This document shows positions 1 through 12,759 of a stretch of 64,000 bases of DNA, piece after piece (positions within the stretch are counted from its first letter, which is position 1; every line of letters begins with the position of its first letter). Source of the stretch: Azolla caroliniana (lineage: Eukaryota > Plantae > Polypodiophyta); the NCBI GenBank assembly GCA_043228905.1, contig JBHGNT010000012.1, positions 4,464,001 to 4,528,000 of the forward strand, written 5' to 3'. A model generated the notes under the pieces. The model was not told the origin of the DNA and did no database searches. It was given only the letters and a program-made list of their open reading frames with translations. The position numbers and the translations under genes are program-made.

Positions 1-983
1 GTCAGTTCCCTGATGTCCGTATTCAAAAAGTGACTCCCTTGGTCACTAATGAGCTCAATAGGGCAGCCAAAACGACACCAGATATGTTCGTAAAGGAATT
101 TCACCGTGATTGCCGCGGTATTTTCACATAGTGGTTTCGCTCCTACCCACTTGGTGCAGTAATCCGTAGCCACCAGGATATACTTATTGCCGGTTCGGGC
201 AGTCGCCGAGGTACGGTCCCACAAAATCTAGTCCCCACTTTTGGAAAGGATCCAACGGTAACACCGGTTGATGTGGCTTTCTTGTGACTTCCGTTGGCAT
301 AAATCACATTGTTTGCAATATTCATACGCATCCTTTTGCGTAGTGGGCCACCAAAGTCCTGCTTGCCAGATTTCTCGAGCCGTAACATCGCCCGTGTAAT
401 GTCCTCTTGCCGTACCATAATGAGCTTCACATAAAACCGTTGCCTTCTCATCCTGACATATTCCGCGCCTCCAAATGCTATCATTGCCTTTGTGATATAG
501 GACGTCTTCGACTAAACAGAAATTACGACTTTGGACGGCCAGTTGTTTTTTCTCGTCTGTGCTTAATTGTGGTGGCGGTAACCTCGTGGTTAGAAAGTAG
601 GTCATTCCATCAACCACCGATCCGGAAAAATCTTTTCAATTCTTGCTTGCTAAAGTTGTTATACGCAAGATGTCCGCGTCCGGAAAGTCGTCGTCATCCT
701 TTTGCGCTATTTCTCCATTATCTAATCTGCTCAAGAGATCTGCCACCGCGTGTTGCGTACCCGGTCGGTGCTGAATTACAAAGTCGAATTCTTGGAGCAA
801 GAGCATCCATCTAGCCAATTTTCCTGTCAGTTGCTGTTTCCCCTCCAGATATAGCAATGCCGTGTGATCCACGTGAAACGTGAATTTTCGCCCTAGCAGA
901 TAATGTCAGAATTTATTGACGCTTCAAGTTCCGTTGTGGAATAGTTACGCTCAGCTGTTGATAGTTTCCGACTGGCGTAGTAC
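1..983 (-). pseudogene. pol: Gypsy A RNase H C-terminus and integrase N-terminus (fragmented)
   Basis: ORFs 636..872 and 228..617, HHCC zinc finger, WGLDF motif near 225-243. Confidence 0.9.
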
Positions 984-1439
984 TATTAGAGACATGTACT
1001 AAAGTAAGCATTAGATAAGGATAGATCTAGGTAGATAAAAAGAAAGGAGAGAGAGAAAGAAGGGTGTCGATCCACCCGACCACCCCCGAGCGAAGGCATC
1101 GAGACGGACACGAGCCTCGATCGGCGTCCCATACCACCACCGTGGCGTCGAGTCGTACCTGGTGTTGGCGCGCTCGCTACAAGAGTTGACCCACCACAAG
1201 ACAAAGTCTCGACGTAGTCAACAAGATAATGAAATGAGGGTAGCTAGGCCTTTATTTATAGCGATACCCAAGGCCCCCAGCCATGTTCACAGTTGGCCTA
1301 ATGGGTTGTCTCAATCCCGAGGATTTAAAAGTTATCCTCCCCTTCTTTACACTCTCGTTTAACCCTCACACTCATCCACGTGTATAGAATACTACGGTAA
1401 ATTCTCACCACGGGATTTTATATGGTCATGCCCGTAACA
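984..1439 (-). repeat. 3' LTR of chromovirus (456 bp, TG...TA)
   Basis: Preceded on minus strand by PPT GAGGGGGAGT. About 97% identical by eye to 8746-9080. Confidence 0.92.
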
Positions 1440-1440
1440 T

Positions 1441-4092
1441 ACTCCCCCTCTTTAAAACATTGCACTCTTGCAATGGAAAGTTAGGGAAGTTAGTTCTGAG
1501 AGTACTCTCGCGTTCCCATGTGGCATCTTTTATTGATTTATACATCCATTTTATTTTAAATTCTCGGATTACTTTAGTACGTAATTTTTTTGTTTAAACA
1601 TCAAGAATTCTTTCTGGTACATGTGGTTTAGAAGATAAATCTTCTGAAGTAACCAGAGTTTCAGTTGTAACTGTATTGTCGCCAGAACCTAGAAGTTCTT
1701 TTACACGACTCACATGAAAGATTGGATGAATTCCAACACCATCGGGAAGAGCGAGATGATAGGTTGATGACACAATGCGTTTGAGGACTGTAAAAGGTCC
1801 ACAAAACCGTGGGGCTAACTTAGCGCACTTACCTGTAGACAATGTCTTAGAATTGTGAGGTACACGTAAAAATACCTTCTGTCCAGGGTTGAATACACGA
1901 GGTTGCCTATGATGATCGGCATAAAAACGGGCTCTATCTTGAGCTGTTTTTATATTATCTCGTGCAATATGCAACATATCTTGCATATCCCGAAGAAAGT
2001 TTTGCGTACTTCGCAACTCATCATGATGTATATTAACATCAATCGGGGCTCGTGGCTGAAATCCATACATCAACATAAAAGGACTATATGCTTGGAGCTG
2101 AAATCCCATCGACGTATGCTTGGAGCTGTTATAAGCAAACTCCAAAATTGGGAGATAACATTCCCATTTTGTTGGTTTTGCACCAACATATGCTCAAAGC
2201 ATGTCCTCAATAATTTGATTTACTCGTTCTGTTTGTCCATCGGATTGAGGATGATCCGTGGAGCTCATGCTCAACGTAGTTTCTAACTTCTTAAAGACTT
2301 GTGTCTAGAAGTCACTAGTAAATTTTGGATCTCGATCACTCACGATATCCATCGGTAACCCATAAAAACGAAATAATTCGTCAACGAATTGGTAAGCCAA
2401 TTCAAGAGTTGTTACCGTGGTTTTAGTAGCAATAAATCTGGCCATTTTAGTTAGTCAATCAACCACAACCTAGATGGCATCATGGCCTTTTTGGGTGCGA
2501 GGAAGGATAACAATAAAATCCATGGATATACTTTCCCACTTATTGCTGGGAATGTCCAAGGGATGTAAAAGTCCTGCAGCTTTAAGTCGCTCGACTTTGT
2601 TAACCTGACGTTGGTAACATTTAGTCACATACCTATGTATGTTAGGGCACATCTTAGGCCAATAAAATTGAGTGGAGATGAGAACGAGTGTACGATGTAT
2701 TCCAGGGTGCCCTACTGAGGGTGCATCATGGCATTAAAAAAGAATCCTCTTTTTGACCTCAGGTAAATCTGGAACACAAACCTTCCCATTACGATAAAGC
2801 TGACCATTAGCAATGTGGAAGTATTCCTTCGAGGATGTGGTGGTGTTGTTCCAGACTCAACTCTTGCCTAGTATTTTGCGAAATAACTGTCATCAGGATA
2901 CTTTCCTCGAAGGTGATCATAAAGATCTGATGTTATTTCAGTGAAGCTAAGCATGTTAACTTCACGGATGCGACTTAGTGCATCAGCGACAGTGTTCATG
3001 GAACCTTTATGATATCGTATGGAAAAATCGAAGTCCTGGATGAGATCAGCCCATCGTGCCGTACGACTTTTCAAGTCTTGTTGGTCACAAAAATATTTCA
3101 AGGACTCGTGGGCCGTAGTTACCACAAAGCGATTTCCATAAAGATAATGGCGCCATGTTTTGAGCGCATGTATAACCGCAAATAATTCCTTTTCTTGAAC
3201 AGTATACCGACATTGAGCAAAATCAAGTTTCTTACTCTCGAATGCTATTGGTTTACCATCTTGATATAAGACAACACCTATAGCATAATCGCTTGCATCG
3301 GTTTCAACCTCAAAAGGTTTTCAAGGATCGGGTAAAAGAAGTGAAGGAGCCTTACATACCAGGTCCTTGAGTTCCTTAAAGGCGAGGTCTAGTGTAGCAT
3401 TCCACATAATAGGTTTTGTAGACTTATGCGTTTGACCTTTTAGAAGATCACTAAACGATGTCGTCAATTGGGAGTAATTACAAAGAGATTTTCGCAAAAA
3501 CCTGACAAAACCAAGGAATGATCGAACTTCTCGTATATTCCGAAGAGTGGGGCAAAGCTTGATTTTCTCGATGCGAGAAGGATCAATTTCAACTCCTCGT
3601 TCGGTTATGAGATGTCCAAGATAAGTAATTGATTTCTTGAAGAACTCACATTTTGAGATCTTCGAATAAAACTGTTTGTCACGCAATGTTTGTAAAACAA
3701 AGCGGACATGTTTAGCATGTTCTTGTAATGTATGGCTATAAACTAAAATATCATCCAAGAAAATAACGACAAATTTTCCAAGTTGTTCTCAGAAAATGTC
3801 ATTCATTTCTTGTTGAAATGTAGCCGAAGCATTGGTCAAACCAAAAGGCATAACCAAAAACTCATAATGGCCATAGTGCGTATGAAATGCCGTTTTAGGA
3901 ACATCGTCCTCACTTATACGAATTTAATTGGTAGCCAGTACAGAGATCAAGTTTCGCAAAATACCGAGCTCCCTGGAGACGGTCAATTAGATCGTCAACC
4001 CGGGGCAAGGGATACGAATTCTTGATCGTCACTTTATTCAAGCGTTGGTAATTAATACACATACGCCATGTGCCCTCTTTCTTTTTAACCAA
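1441..4092 (-). pseudogene. pol: Chromovirus RT, RNase H, integrase and chromodomain (stops and frameshifts)
   Basis: RT ([30 protein letters not shown]), RH (ETDASDYAIG), INT (WESISMDFI, APRFCGPF), chromodomain PERILDV*TKKLRTKVIREFKIKW...DATWE. Confidence 0.92.
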
Positions 4093-5483
4093 GAGAACTG
4101 GTGCACCCCATGGGATTTACTATAACGTATATAAGCCATTTGTAAATTGTCCTTGAGTTTCTTAGATACCTCATCCTCTTCGGATTGACTTAAGCGATAA
4201 GGAGGTATACTTATTGGTGCAACACCAGGTACAATATCTATACGATGGTCTATATTACGTTTAGGAGGTAAGCCCTCTGGTAGTTCACTCGGAAAAACAT
4301 CACGAAAATCATTTAAGATTTCATCAAGTTGTTGTTGTTCAAAATATGTTAATTGAACCGAGACATTATCGATATTGTAAATGTGAATGTCCAGATCAAG
4401 TACACAATAAAATAGAGTAGAACAAGACAACTCAGATATTGATGGACACGAGGAAACAATCGAGAGGGATTGTTTTTTTACACATTGAATAAAATGAGTA
4501 CAATTGTTCAGTACAAATGTAATTGAATGATGAACCCAATCAATAGATAAAGAAGAGTTTTTATTATAAAACCAGGGATAACCCAGTATTACATCGGTGG
4601 TACAAAGATTCATTACATGGAAGTCTACTTCCTCTATATAAGTGTCAATAGAAATTCCTAATGAATGAATCGCCCCATTGATGTATTGTACTCTTCCATC
4701 AACCAAGTGCACCGTGTAGGTGTGATCACTTACAGTGGGTTGGATTCCCCATATCTGAACCAAACGATCATTCAAAAAATTGTGTGAGCTTCCCAAATCA
4801 AATAAAAATTGTACGGGAGATCCATTGATATACCCGTTTGCACGTAGTAAATCATTCGGACCCAATACATAGTGAGGGAAAGAACATTGACAATTACTTA
4901 AATGATGTGTATAGACTTGAAGGACATGAGGAATATGACCTTTATGGTCTGCAACTTTAGCTTTGTTGTCGTGCTCTTTCCGTTGGAGCTTTCGACATTG
5001 ATCTTTTGTATGACCCTTCTTTTTGCAGAATACGCAAAAAGGATGTTGTCGCTTACAATCGCGATCCATGAATTTGTTGGGTGTCTTGCGTTTTCCAACG
5101 AATTGCGACTGCCTAGTCCCGGGTGCTTCGTTGGGTTTGTTGTGGTCCTTGTTCGAAGTGCGTTGATAGCGAAGAACTATTTCAACGGCCTCTTCAAAGG
5201 ATTTTGGATCCTTATCGTGCACTATCCAGTGATAGTCTGACTTGGGGATGCCATTGACAAAACAAGCTATTAACCAATTGTCCCCTTCTAGACCTGATTT
5301 TTGGATTTGGGTTCTAGCATGGTGAACATTGTCTTCTAGCGAGGAAAATTTCCGACTAGATAGGTTCATTAAAGCTTGTGCTGCCTCGGTTTGAGAGGGA
5401 GGTTGCAAAAATTGGCCCTTGAAAACGTGACAAAATCTGTCCAAGTATCGGGCAATTTTCCCAAAGTACGGAGCCCACGCCAC
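4038..5483 (-). CDS. gag: Chromovirus gag C-terminus and aspartic protease (481-aa remnant ORF)
   Basis: [14 protein letters not shown] zinc knuckle, [11 protein letters not shown] protease motif, DVILGYPW. Confidence 0.88.
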   Translation of the reverse strand: MAWAPYFGKIARYLDRFCHVFKGQFLQPPSQTEAAQALMNLSSRKFSSLEDNVHHARTQIQKSGLEGDNWLIACFVNGIPKSDYHWIVHDKDPKSFEEAVEIVLRYQRTSNKDHNKPNEAPGTRQSQFVGKRKTPNKFMDRDCKRQHPFCVFCKKKGHTKDQCRKLQRKEHDNKAKVADHKGHIPHVLQVYTHHLSNCQCSFPHYVLGPNDLLRANGYINGSPVQFLFDLGSSHNFLNDRLVQIWGIQPTVSDHTYTVHLVDGRVQYINGAIHSLGISIDTYIEEVDFHVMNLCTTDVILGYPWFYNKNSSLSIDWVHHSITFVLNNCTHFIQCVKKQSLSIVSSCPSISELSCSTLFYCVLDLDIHIYNIDNVSVQLTYFEQQQLDEILNDFRDVFPSELPEGLPPKRNIDHRIDIVPGVAPISIPPYRLSQSEEDEVSKKLKDNLQMAYIRYSKSHGVHQFSWLKRKRAHGVCVLITNA

Positions 5484-6989
5484 CAGGCGGCGGCCTTACC
5501 CCCTAGTTCTCGGCCGACATATGCAATCTTTGTACTATCTGGCATGGGATAGACCTCAAAATGAGACTGCCATCGGCCCAGCCACGTCTAGATTGCTTCT
5601 TTGGTTCTTTCCTTTTTGTCTCCCGTAAATGGCTTAACGACAAATGATGGTTCACCCTGTCACTCATCAGGTCTATTAGTCTCACGTTGTAGACTAATGA
5701 CACGTGCTTCAAGAGCACTTTGAGATTGCCGAAGTTCGGTCATCTGTTGAGCGGTGAAACTAAGGTATTGGGTTATTTGCGAAAAATACATCTCAATGGA
5801 CATTTGTCATAGGATTATTTCTGGAAAAGAAATAGGATAAGGTTAAAGAGATAGTCATAACATCATGTCGTGATGTAAACCTATCATGGGCGAGCATTAA
5901 TCGATATCATTATCTCACATCAATACCCCTCTAGATGTATGAGATGAGGTTCAAGATGAGGTTACTATGGTAACACAAAGGTGTTTTAAAAACCATGGGG
6001 GTGACAAATAAATTTCTTTCCCTGATCTCTATATCGATTTTTTCATGGTGGCTCCCCGAGGCTCAACCATGTATGTTCGCGTCATGAATAGTTTATACAC
6101 GAAAAAAATGTTAACAATAAACTATGTTTCTATGCCCACATTGGTGGTTTTGGCTCTTTAAGTCCTATTACGAGGACCCCGAAGTGCACTTAGACCTCAA
6201 GTCTAAACATGTGTTATAGTCATATGTATCAACGATGTTGTATGGTCTTGGTCATATTTGAACTCGAGACATCAAGAACAAATGCATTAAACACTTGAGC
6301 CAACCAAGTAGGTTGCTCTTCTTGAATGTTTAATGTTTCATGCGTATAAGAGATATGCGAGGCATTTGCCCATATATGTTTTTTTAAAAGAAACATATAT
6401 GTCAAGAGTCCTTATTTCGCCCTCATTTACTACAACTATGTTGGTACGTTACCTAACCTCAAGTCTCGTAATAACGATGGCATACGCCAAAGTGCAACCT
6501 AATGGTCAAGCCAAATGAGCCCTCTTTTCGTAGTAGGCCCACGTGGCCCATCACATGGTCACGTCATTACGAATGCCTCTCGTAAGAATGATCCCATGGT
6601 GGCATCGTATCCATGTAATGAGGGAGGGATGTTGGATACGTGTTTCCTAAGAGCGACCTCACATGAAGTGGGTCAAACCCTACGTACTCAACATCATTAT
6701 GGCTATTGGCATTTCTTTACGTAACGAAATATCGAAGTCACAAACAGGGATTTCAACAATAAAAAATTGTTGAAAAAAGGGATGGTGACAACACGATTCT
6801 CACAAAAATGTGAGGACAACCACCAAGAACCTTTCCCCGAAAAGGAAAACATTCGATTTAAAATCACGTAATAACTTATATACACATATGTATATTATCA
6901 CATGTATATGATCAACTACGTATACACGTGACCACATATGCCTATATTAAAGAAATCGTTATATTGAATAGCCAAAAATGACGTAATTG

Positions 6990-7255
6990 ATATACGTAAT
7001 CGAGGCATATACCTCTACGCACACGAGACATCCAAAAATAAGGGTTCAACGTAATACGCAATTGAGGTATTGACCTCGTACGCATACGAGACCAAACACA
7101 TATCATTTACAACAAAATCGAGGTGTTGACCTCATACGCAAACGTAACATTTGTTTGTGAACGTAATACGTAATTGAGGTATTAACCTCGTACGCATACG
7201 ACACTCATCACATATTATTTATATGTCAAACGAGGTATTGACCTCATGCACATAT
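6990..7255. repeat. Array of five GAGGT-N4-ACCTC hairpin units in the chromovirus 5' leader
   Basis: gaggtattgacctc-type cores at ~7001, 7064, 7120, 7175 and 7232, spaced 55-63 bp. Confidence 0.75.
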
Positions 7256-7516
7256 GTAAGCGTTTTAGATAACCAATTAAATACCACTACAACATCATTT
7301 AATTAATGAAAATAATCTACATATTAACCATACACATGATTAGATGGGAGAAGAAAAAATAGACAAAAAATAACAAGAAAGATTACCGAAGTTCTTTGTT
7401 GATCCTTGTCTACATGAAGACCAACCGCACAACGATCGATCGCCATCCATCGAGAAGATAAGACCAATAAAAGAAAGATTAGTACATAGGCTCGGATACG
7501 AAATATTAGAGACATG

Positions 7517-8746
7517 TGAACGATCATTTGGTTCAGATATGGGTAATCCAACCCACCGTAAGTGATCACACCTACACGGTGCACTTGGCTGATGCAAGAG
7601 TACAATACATCAATGGGGCGATTCATTCATTAGGAATTTCTATTGACACTTATATACAGGAAGTAGACTTCCATGTAATGAATCTTTGTACCACCGATGT
7701 AATACTGGGTTATCCCTGGTTTTATAATAAAAACTCTTCTTTATCTATTGATTGGGTTCATCATTCAATTACGTTTGTACTGAACGATTGTACTCATTTT
7801 ATTCAATGTGTAAAAAAACAATCCCTCTCGATTGTTTCCTCATGTCCATCAATATCCGAGTTGTCTTGTTCTACTCTATTTTATTGTGTACTTGATCTGG
7901 ACATTCACATTTACAATATCGATAATGTCTCGGTTCAATTAACATATTTTGAACAACAACAACTTGATGAAATCTTAAATGATTTTCGTGATGTTTTTCC
8001 TAGTGAACTACCAAATGTCTTACCTCCTAAACATAATATAGACCATTGTATAGATATTGTACCTGGTGTTGCACCAATAAGTATACCTCCTTATCGCTTA
8101 AGTCGATCCGAAGAGGATGAGGTATCTAAGCAACTCAAGGACTATTTACGAATGGGTTATATACGTTATAGTAAATCTCCATGGGGTGCACCAATTCTCT
8201 TGGTTAAAAAGAAAGAGGGCACATGGCGGTGTGTATTAATTACCGACGCTTGAATAAAGTGACGGTCATGAATTCGTATCCCTTGCCCCGGGCTGACGAT
8301 CTAATTGACCGTCTCTAGGGAGCTCGGTATTTTATGAAACTTGATCTCCATACTGGCTACCATCAAATTCGTATAAGTGAGGACGATGTTCCTAAAATGG
8401 CATTTCGTACGCGCTATGGCCATTATCAGTTTTTGGTTATGCCTTTTGGTTTGACCAATGCTCCGGCTACATGTCAACAAGAAATGAATGACATTTTTCG
8501 AGAACATCTTAGAAAATTTGTCGTTATTTTCTTGGATGATATTTTAGTTTATAGCCGTACATTACAAGAACATGCGAAACATGTCCGCTTTGTTTTACAA
8601 ACATTGCGTGACAAACAGTTTTATGCAAAGATCTTAAAATGTGAGTTCTTCAAGAAATCAATTACTTATCTTGGACATCTCATAACCGAACGAGGAGTTG
8701 AAATTGATCCTTCTCGCATCGAGAAAATCAAGCTTTGGCCCACTCC
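7517..8746 (+). repeat. Inverted copy of chromovirus PR-RT (3545-4774) embedded in the 5' LTR
   Basis: ORFs 7516..8253 and 8334..8858 are near-identical to the minus-strand ORFs. Flanked by LTR pieces 7504-7517 and 8746-9080. Confidence 0.92.
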
Positions 8747-9080
8747 GGACTCGAGCCTCGATCGGCGTCCCATACCACCGCCGTGGCGTCGAGTCGTACC
8801 TGGTGCTGGCGCGCTCGCTACAAGAGTTGACCCACCACAAGAAAGAGTCTCGACGTAGTCAACAAGATAATGAAATGAGGGTAGCTAGGCCTCTATTTAT
8901 AGCGATACCCAAGGCCCCTAGCCATGTTCACAGTTGGCCTAATGGGTTGTCTCAATCCCGAGGATTTAAAAGTTATCCTCCCCTTCTTTACACTCTTGTT
9001 TAACCCTCACACTTATCCACGTGTATAGAATACTACGGTAAATTCTCACCACGGGATTTTATATGGTCATGCCCGTAACA
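8746..9080 (-). repeat. Main part of chromovirus 5' LTR
   Basis: Matches 1105-1439, ends CCCGTAACA followed by the TSD. Confidence 0.92.
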
Positions 9081-9085
9081 AGTAC

Positions 9086-12010
9086 ACTGGTCTATACCAA
9101 TTCGGCTCCGCAAAATCGTCTAAAAAGACCTACATGAAGGCAGGTATATATTCCCCAAAATCTCCGTGATTGTCCACTGAAATGTAGCTGGCGTCGTCTT
9201 TAACCCGAACATCATGATGACCGCGACATAAACTTCCCAGTCCGTGACAAACGCCGTCTTTTCTTGGTCGTCGTTGTGCATGCATACTTGATTGTACCCA
9301 TTGAAGCTGTCTAGAAAGTTGTACATGTCATCCCCTGCGACTGCATCTAGTGCGCTGTCGGTGAATGGTAAAGGGAATGCATCTGTAATAGTTACGACGT
9401 TCAATTTCCGGTAGTCCACGCACACACGTATTTTTCCATTTTTCTTTGGTACGACTACTATCGGGCTTAGCCATGTGGCTTGCTTGACTGGTCGAATGAA
9501 TCCGGCCTTGAGAAGTTTGTCGATTTCCTCTTTTACGCAAGCCGCGTAATTTGGATTCATGCGGTATCGACGCTATTGGACTGGTTTCGCATCGGTCGCT
9601 AAATTGATCTTATGTTGATAGAACTCGTGGGACCAAGCGAACACATCTTTATACTTCGTGAGCAGTGCTATCATCCCCTCTCTCTGATCCGGTAGTAACT
9701 CTTTGCTGATGGAGAGGAATCAGGGGTCTAACACCGTACCTATGTTCACTTCTTCCAGGGCCGAGGCAACGACTCGTCGTGAAATTTCCATTTCCCTCTC
9801 AAACGCTGCCCGTCCTTTGCTTAATTCTAATATCGACTTTGGTTCTGGTTCATAAGCCTCGTCGTGGAGCACAGTAGGCATGGCGTAATCCGTCGCGGTT
9901 TCTATTACGTTGATTTCGAATAGCGGAATGATTTGGGGCTGCTCATCAAGGTATGCTTCTAAATCTGTATCATCCACCCCATCCAGCATATTTATATCTT
10001 CCGCGTATAATGGTGTTATCCCCTTGGGTTGTGCTGCCATTTCCTTTGTGGGTATGCGAACCTTGGTGCGTCCGTGTTGAAAACTGATGCACTTATGTTG
10101 CTAGCTTTGTTTGATATTCACCAAACAAAAACAAGGTCTGCCAAGCAACATAGGATACGCTCCTGGGGCGTCGAGGGCAAGGACTACCGACGAGATGTCA
10201 AAGCGATGTCCGCCGATGATGGTGCCTAATTTTCGGATTAAACCTAAAGGCCTTATTGAGCATGTATCCGCCATGCGAAGCCAAAACGGGCAAGCTTTCC
10301 ATTCTGAAATTCCCAATTGTTCGCATATCTTCGCGCTAATTACATTGATGCCAGATCCTCCGTCGATTATGCATCCTGTGATTCCTGACCGTGTAATACC
10401 AACTTAATAGTTGGATTATGGTGATCCACCACCGTTGGTCCGGCACTGGTGTCTGTAAAGTTGGCGGAGACGCTTACCCTAGGTCTGCTCGTTATGCGAT
10501 CCTCTACGGCTCAGCGGAACCGTGGAACTAGTTGAAGTAGCTTCTCCATGGTTAGTGTTATTTCACAACCTGCCAATGCTTGCCATATGGGATCTGGAGA
10601 TTTTACATCTTCCTCTAATGGCCCAACATTGTTTGCGGACTACTACCGCATGTGTTCCGTATTGGGCGCGTTCGCTTTTTCGACCCATGGTTGGGCTGTT
10701 TGACGTATCGCATCTTGCGCGGCCCAATCAACATTTTTTGTTTGCTGTCTTGTCGTAACTTGTTGAACATCCGCCATAATCGTATTGAAGGCGGGGCCCT
10801 TGCCCTTGCGGAGTGGGCATTGAGTGGCATAATGTTCGGGTTGTTGGCAAATGAAACAATGGACGTTGGATTTGCCTTTCTCGGCAACTGGTGGCATGCT
10901 CCTATCCCCAAATGTGACTTGCTCCTCCCGGTCTTGGTTCATTCTTCTGAAAGTCCGCGGTGGTTATTGTTGGTCCCGGTGCGGCTCCTGGTGCCGTTCA
11001 TGGTCCGAACTTTCGTCGTAGCATCGTTGGTCCCTGTATTGCCGATGTTTCCCGTGAGACCCATTGAAGCCACCACGTTTGTTTGTCAGACGGTGGTTTT
11101 CATAACGTCGTCCTCCTTTATTATATCTGCGGTTGCCCCGATAGTCTTCTTCCTCGGAATCGTTCTTATTCCGGCATGTCCAGTAGTGTCGGTCATCGCG
11201 TGGATTCTGATCTGTATACCAGGGTCGTTCTTCTTGGTGCCTTTGATCATTATGGCGAGGTGGTCGCTGTGTTTCTACGCTTCATACTGTGGGCGTGGGT
11301 TTGTTCAACATGTTGTACTCACACTGCTCGACCGGGAGTGCTTTCGAGTGACAGATTGGGTAGTGGATTCGCATGTTGCATTCCACTGCGGAATGTCCAG
11401 AATTGAGGCAAATCGTACACTGGATTGCCTAGGGAAAGTGTCATTCTTCGGCCTGAGGTAATGCTTGTCGTAATGAGGACATAGAAAACCTTTCCTCTTC
11501 TTCGTCCAGCTTGAGCTGCAATGCTCGTTCTATGACCATATCAACGGTTTTTCCTTTCACGCTATTGTTGTTGAGCGTTGTCCGTATCGGTCGCCGTAAC
11601 GCTGCCAAAAATGTCTCCCGAGCCTTGTCCTCAATCGGGCCCCGTTCTAATTTCTGCCGCATATTTTGGAAGCGTAAACTGAAATCGGTGACAATCTCTG
11701 TTGGCAACTATTTGATTGTATAGAACTGTTCGAGGATTTCGCGTTGCGGCACCCTCCGATGAAAGCACCGCAGAAAGGCCGACTATAGCTAGTTGAAGGT
11801 CGTGATTGCTGGCAGACTCATCTATGAATGCGAAAACGTAGCTCTACCATCCAGCATTAATCCAAACTCTGCCATTTTGGATTGGTGCGCTACCTCTTCT
11901 GGAAGTCTCAGCGCTATGTGATTCGCATTCCAGACGTTCAGGAACAAGTGAATGTGGTTTGAGGCGTCTGTTTTGCCATTGAAGCGGGGATAGGAGAAGG
12001 CCATGCTTGA
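9086..12010 (-). pseudogene. gag-pol: Gypsy A gag-protease-RT, with internal deletion joining RT FLDDF to RNase H EPNW at ~9110
   Basis: ORFs 9120..9560, 9720..10040, 10101..10316, 10643..10942, 11441..11707, 11822..12289. Confidence 0.85.
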
Positions 12011-12292
12011 CGCTATGGCGGGCATGGGAAGACCACCATACTTGTGTGGTGACGGAACTTCCTGCGTGTTGCCGGGGTATTTGGTGAGCAGGAAGGCGAT
12101 TTTTTGGTCCCGACAGATATCACTGAGGTCACTGAGGTGAGGTTTTTGCCTTGCACGTTCCTCTGCCTGGCGTGTGATGGACCTTGTGATTGATCGGTCA
12201 TCTCGTGTTGGTTCTCTGGGACGTCTATGACTAAACATCCATTCATCGTTGTTCGACTGCGAGAAGACATAGATCACCAAGTCTGCCAAACG

Positions 12293-12759
12293 TGTTACCG
12301 ATTAGTAACACTGTCTACGGTCAGTCCTTCGACCTAGACCTCAAGGTGACTGTGTTGCAAGGAATGGTACCATTGTACCGTAATACGTAATGGGATACTT
12401 CCCCGTATCCTAGTAGCGTATGAGGGGAGATGGCTACAACCGAACTCCTTAGGAAGTGCACTTAGTATCCGCACTTACGCCTACACCTTTACGATTATAG
12501 TTCACCACAGAGAACAATAGAACATAGTAGATAAAACCACAAATATGCGCAGAAATCAGAGAAGATAGTATTCTATTAGAATAACGCTCTATACATTAGA
12601 ATTACATGCTACCTCTTATAGAGGATTTCTACCCTTTATATATCCAGGGTCTTTTAGCCATTCACGCTTCCCACATGAACCGTTACATGAGTTTCTTACG
12701 CTTTTACTATATTCTAATATTTTTGTGCTTCTGTCCATCGGTTACTATTCCGGCAAACA
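12293..12759 (-). repeat. 5' LTR of Gypsy A
   Basis: TGT...ACA termini, followed on minus strand by TTTGGC PBS-like sequence, abuts Copia RT at 12760. Confidence 0.7.

Larger units (their letters stand above)
984..9080 (-). mobile_element. Chromoviral Ty3/Gypsy element, full length but rearranged, 5-bp TSD AGTAC
   Basis: AGTAC at 979-983 and 9081-9085. LTR 984-1439 matches 7504-7517 plus 8746-9080. PPT at 1441-1450. gag-PR-RT-RH-INT-chromodomain on minus strand. Confidence 0.93.
1..12759 (-). mobile_element. Ty3/Gypsy element A (non-chromovirus, Athila/Tat/Phygy-like), decayed, 3' part outside window, split by chromovirus 984-9080
   Basis: Minus-strand gag (CFICQQPEHYATQC knuckle, ORF 10643..10942), protease (IIDGGSG..VI ~10340-10375), RT (WLSPIVVVPKKNGKIRVCVDYRKLN, FLDD), RNase H (LARWMLLLQEFDF) and integrase (GHY..WWPT..CDLCQR). 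The WYRPV|YYASRKL motif is split by the insertion. 5' LTR 12293-12759. Confidence 0.9.

Noticed and set aside
1294-1365. Possible fourth Pol III module (TGGCCTAATGG A box, GTTTAACCC) in the chromovirus LTR with the same polarity
   Set aside because: The B box is weak and there are no supporting stems, so it could be chance.
6990-7255. CRISPR-like repeat-spacer array with palindromic repeats
   Set aside because: Repeats are degenerate, alternate spacers are related, there are no cas genes, and it lies inside a eukaryotic retroelement leader.
10652-11461. 269-aa hydrophobic plus-strand ORF resembling a membrane protein
   Set aside because: Antisense shadow of the R/D/N-rich gag region of Gypsy A.
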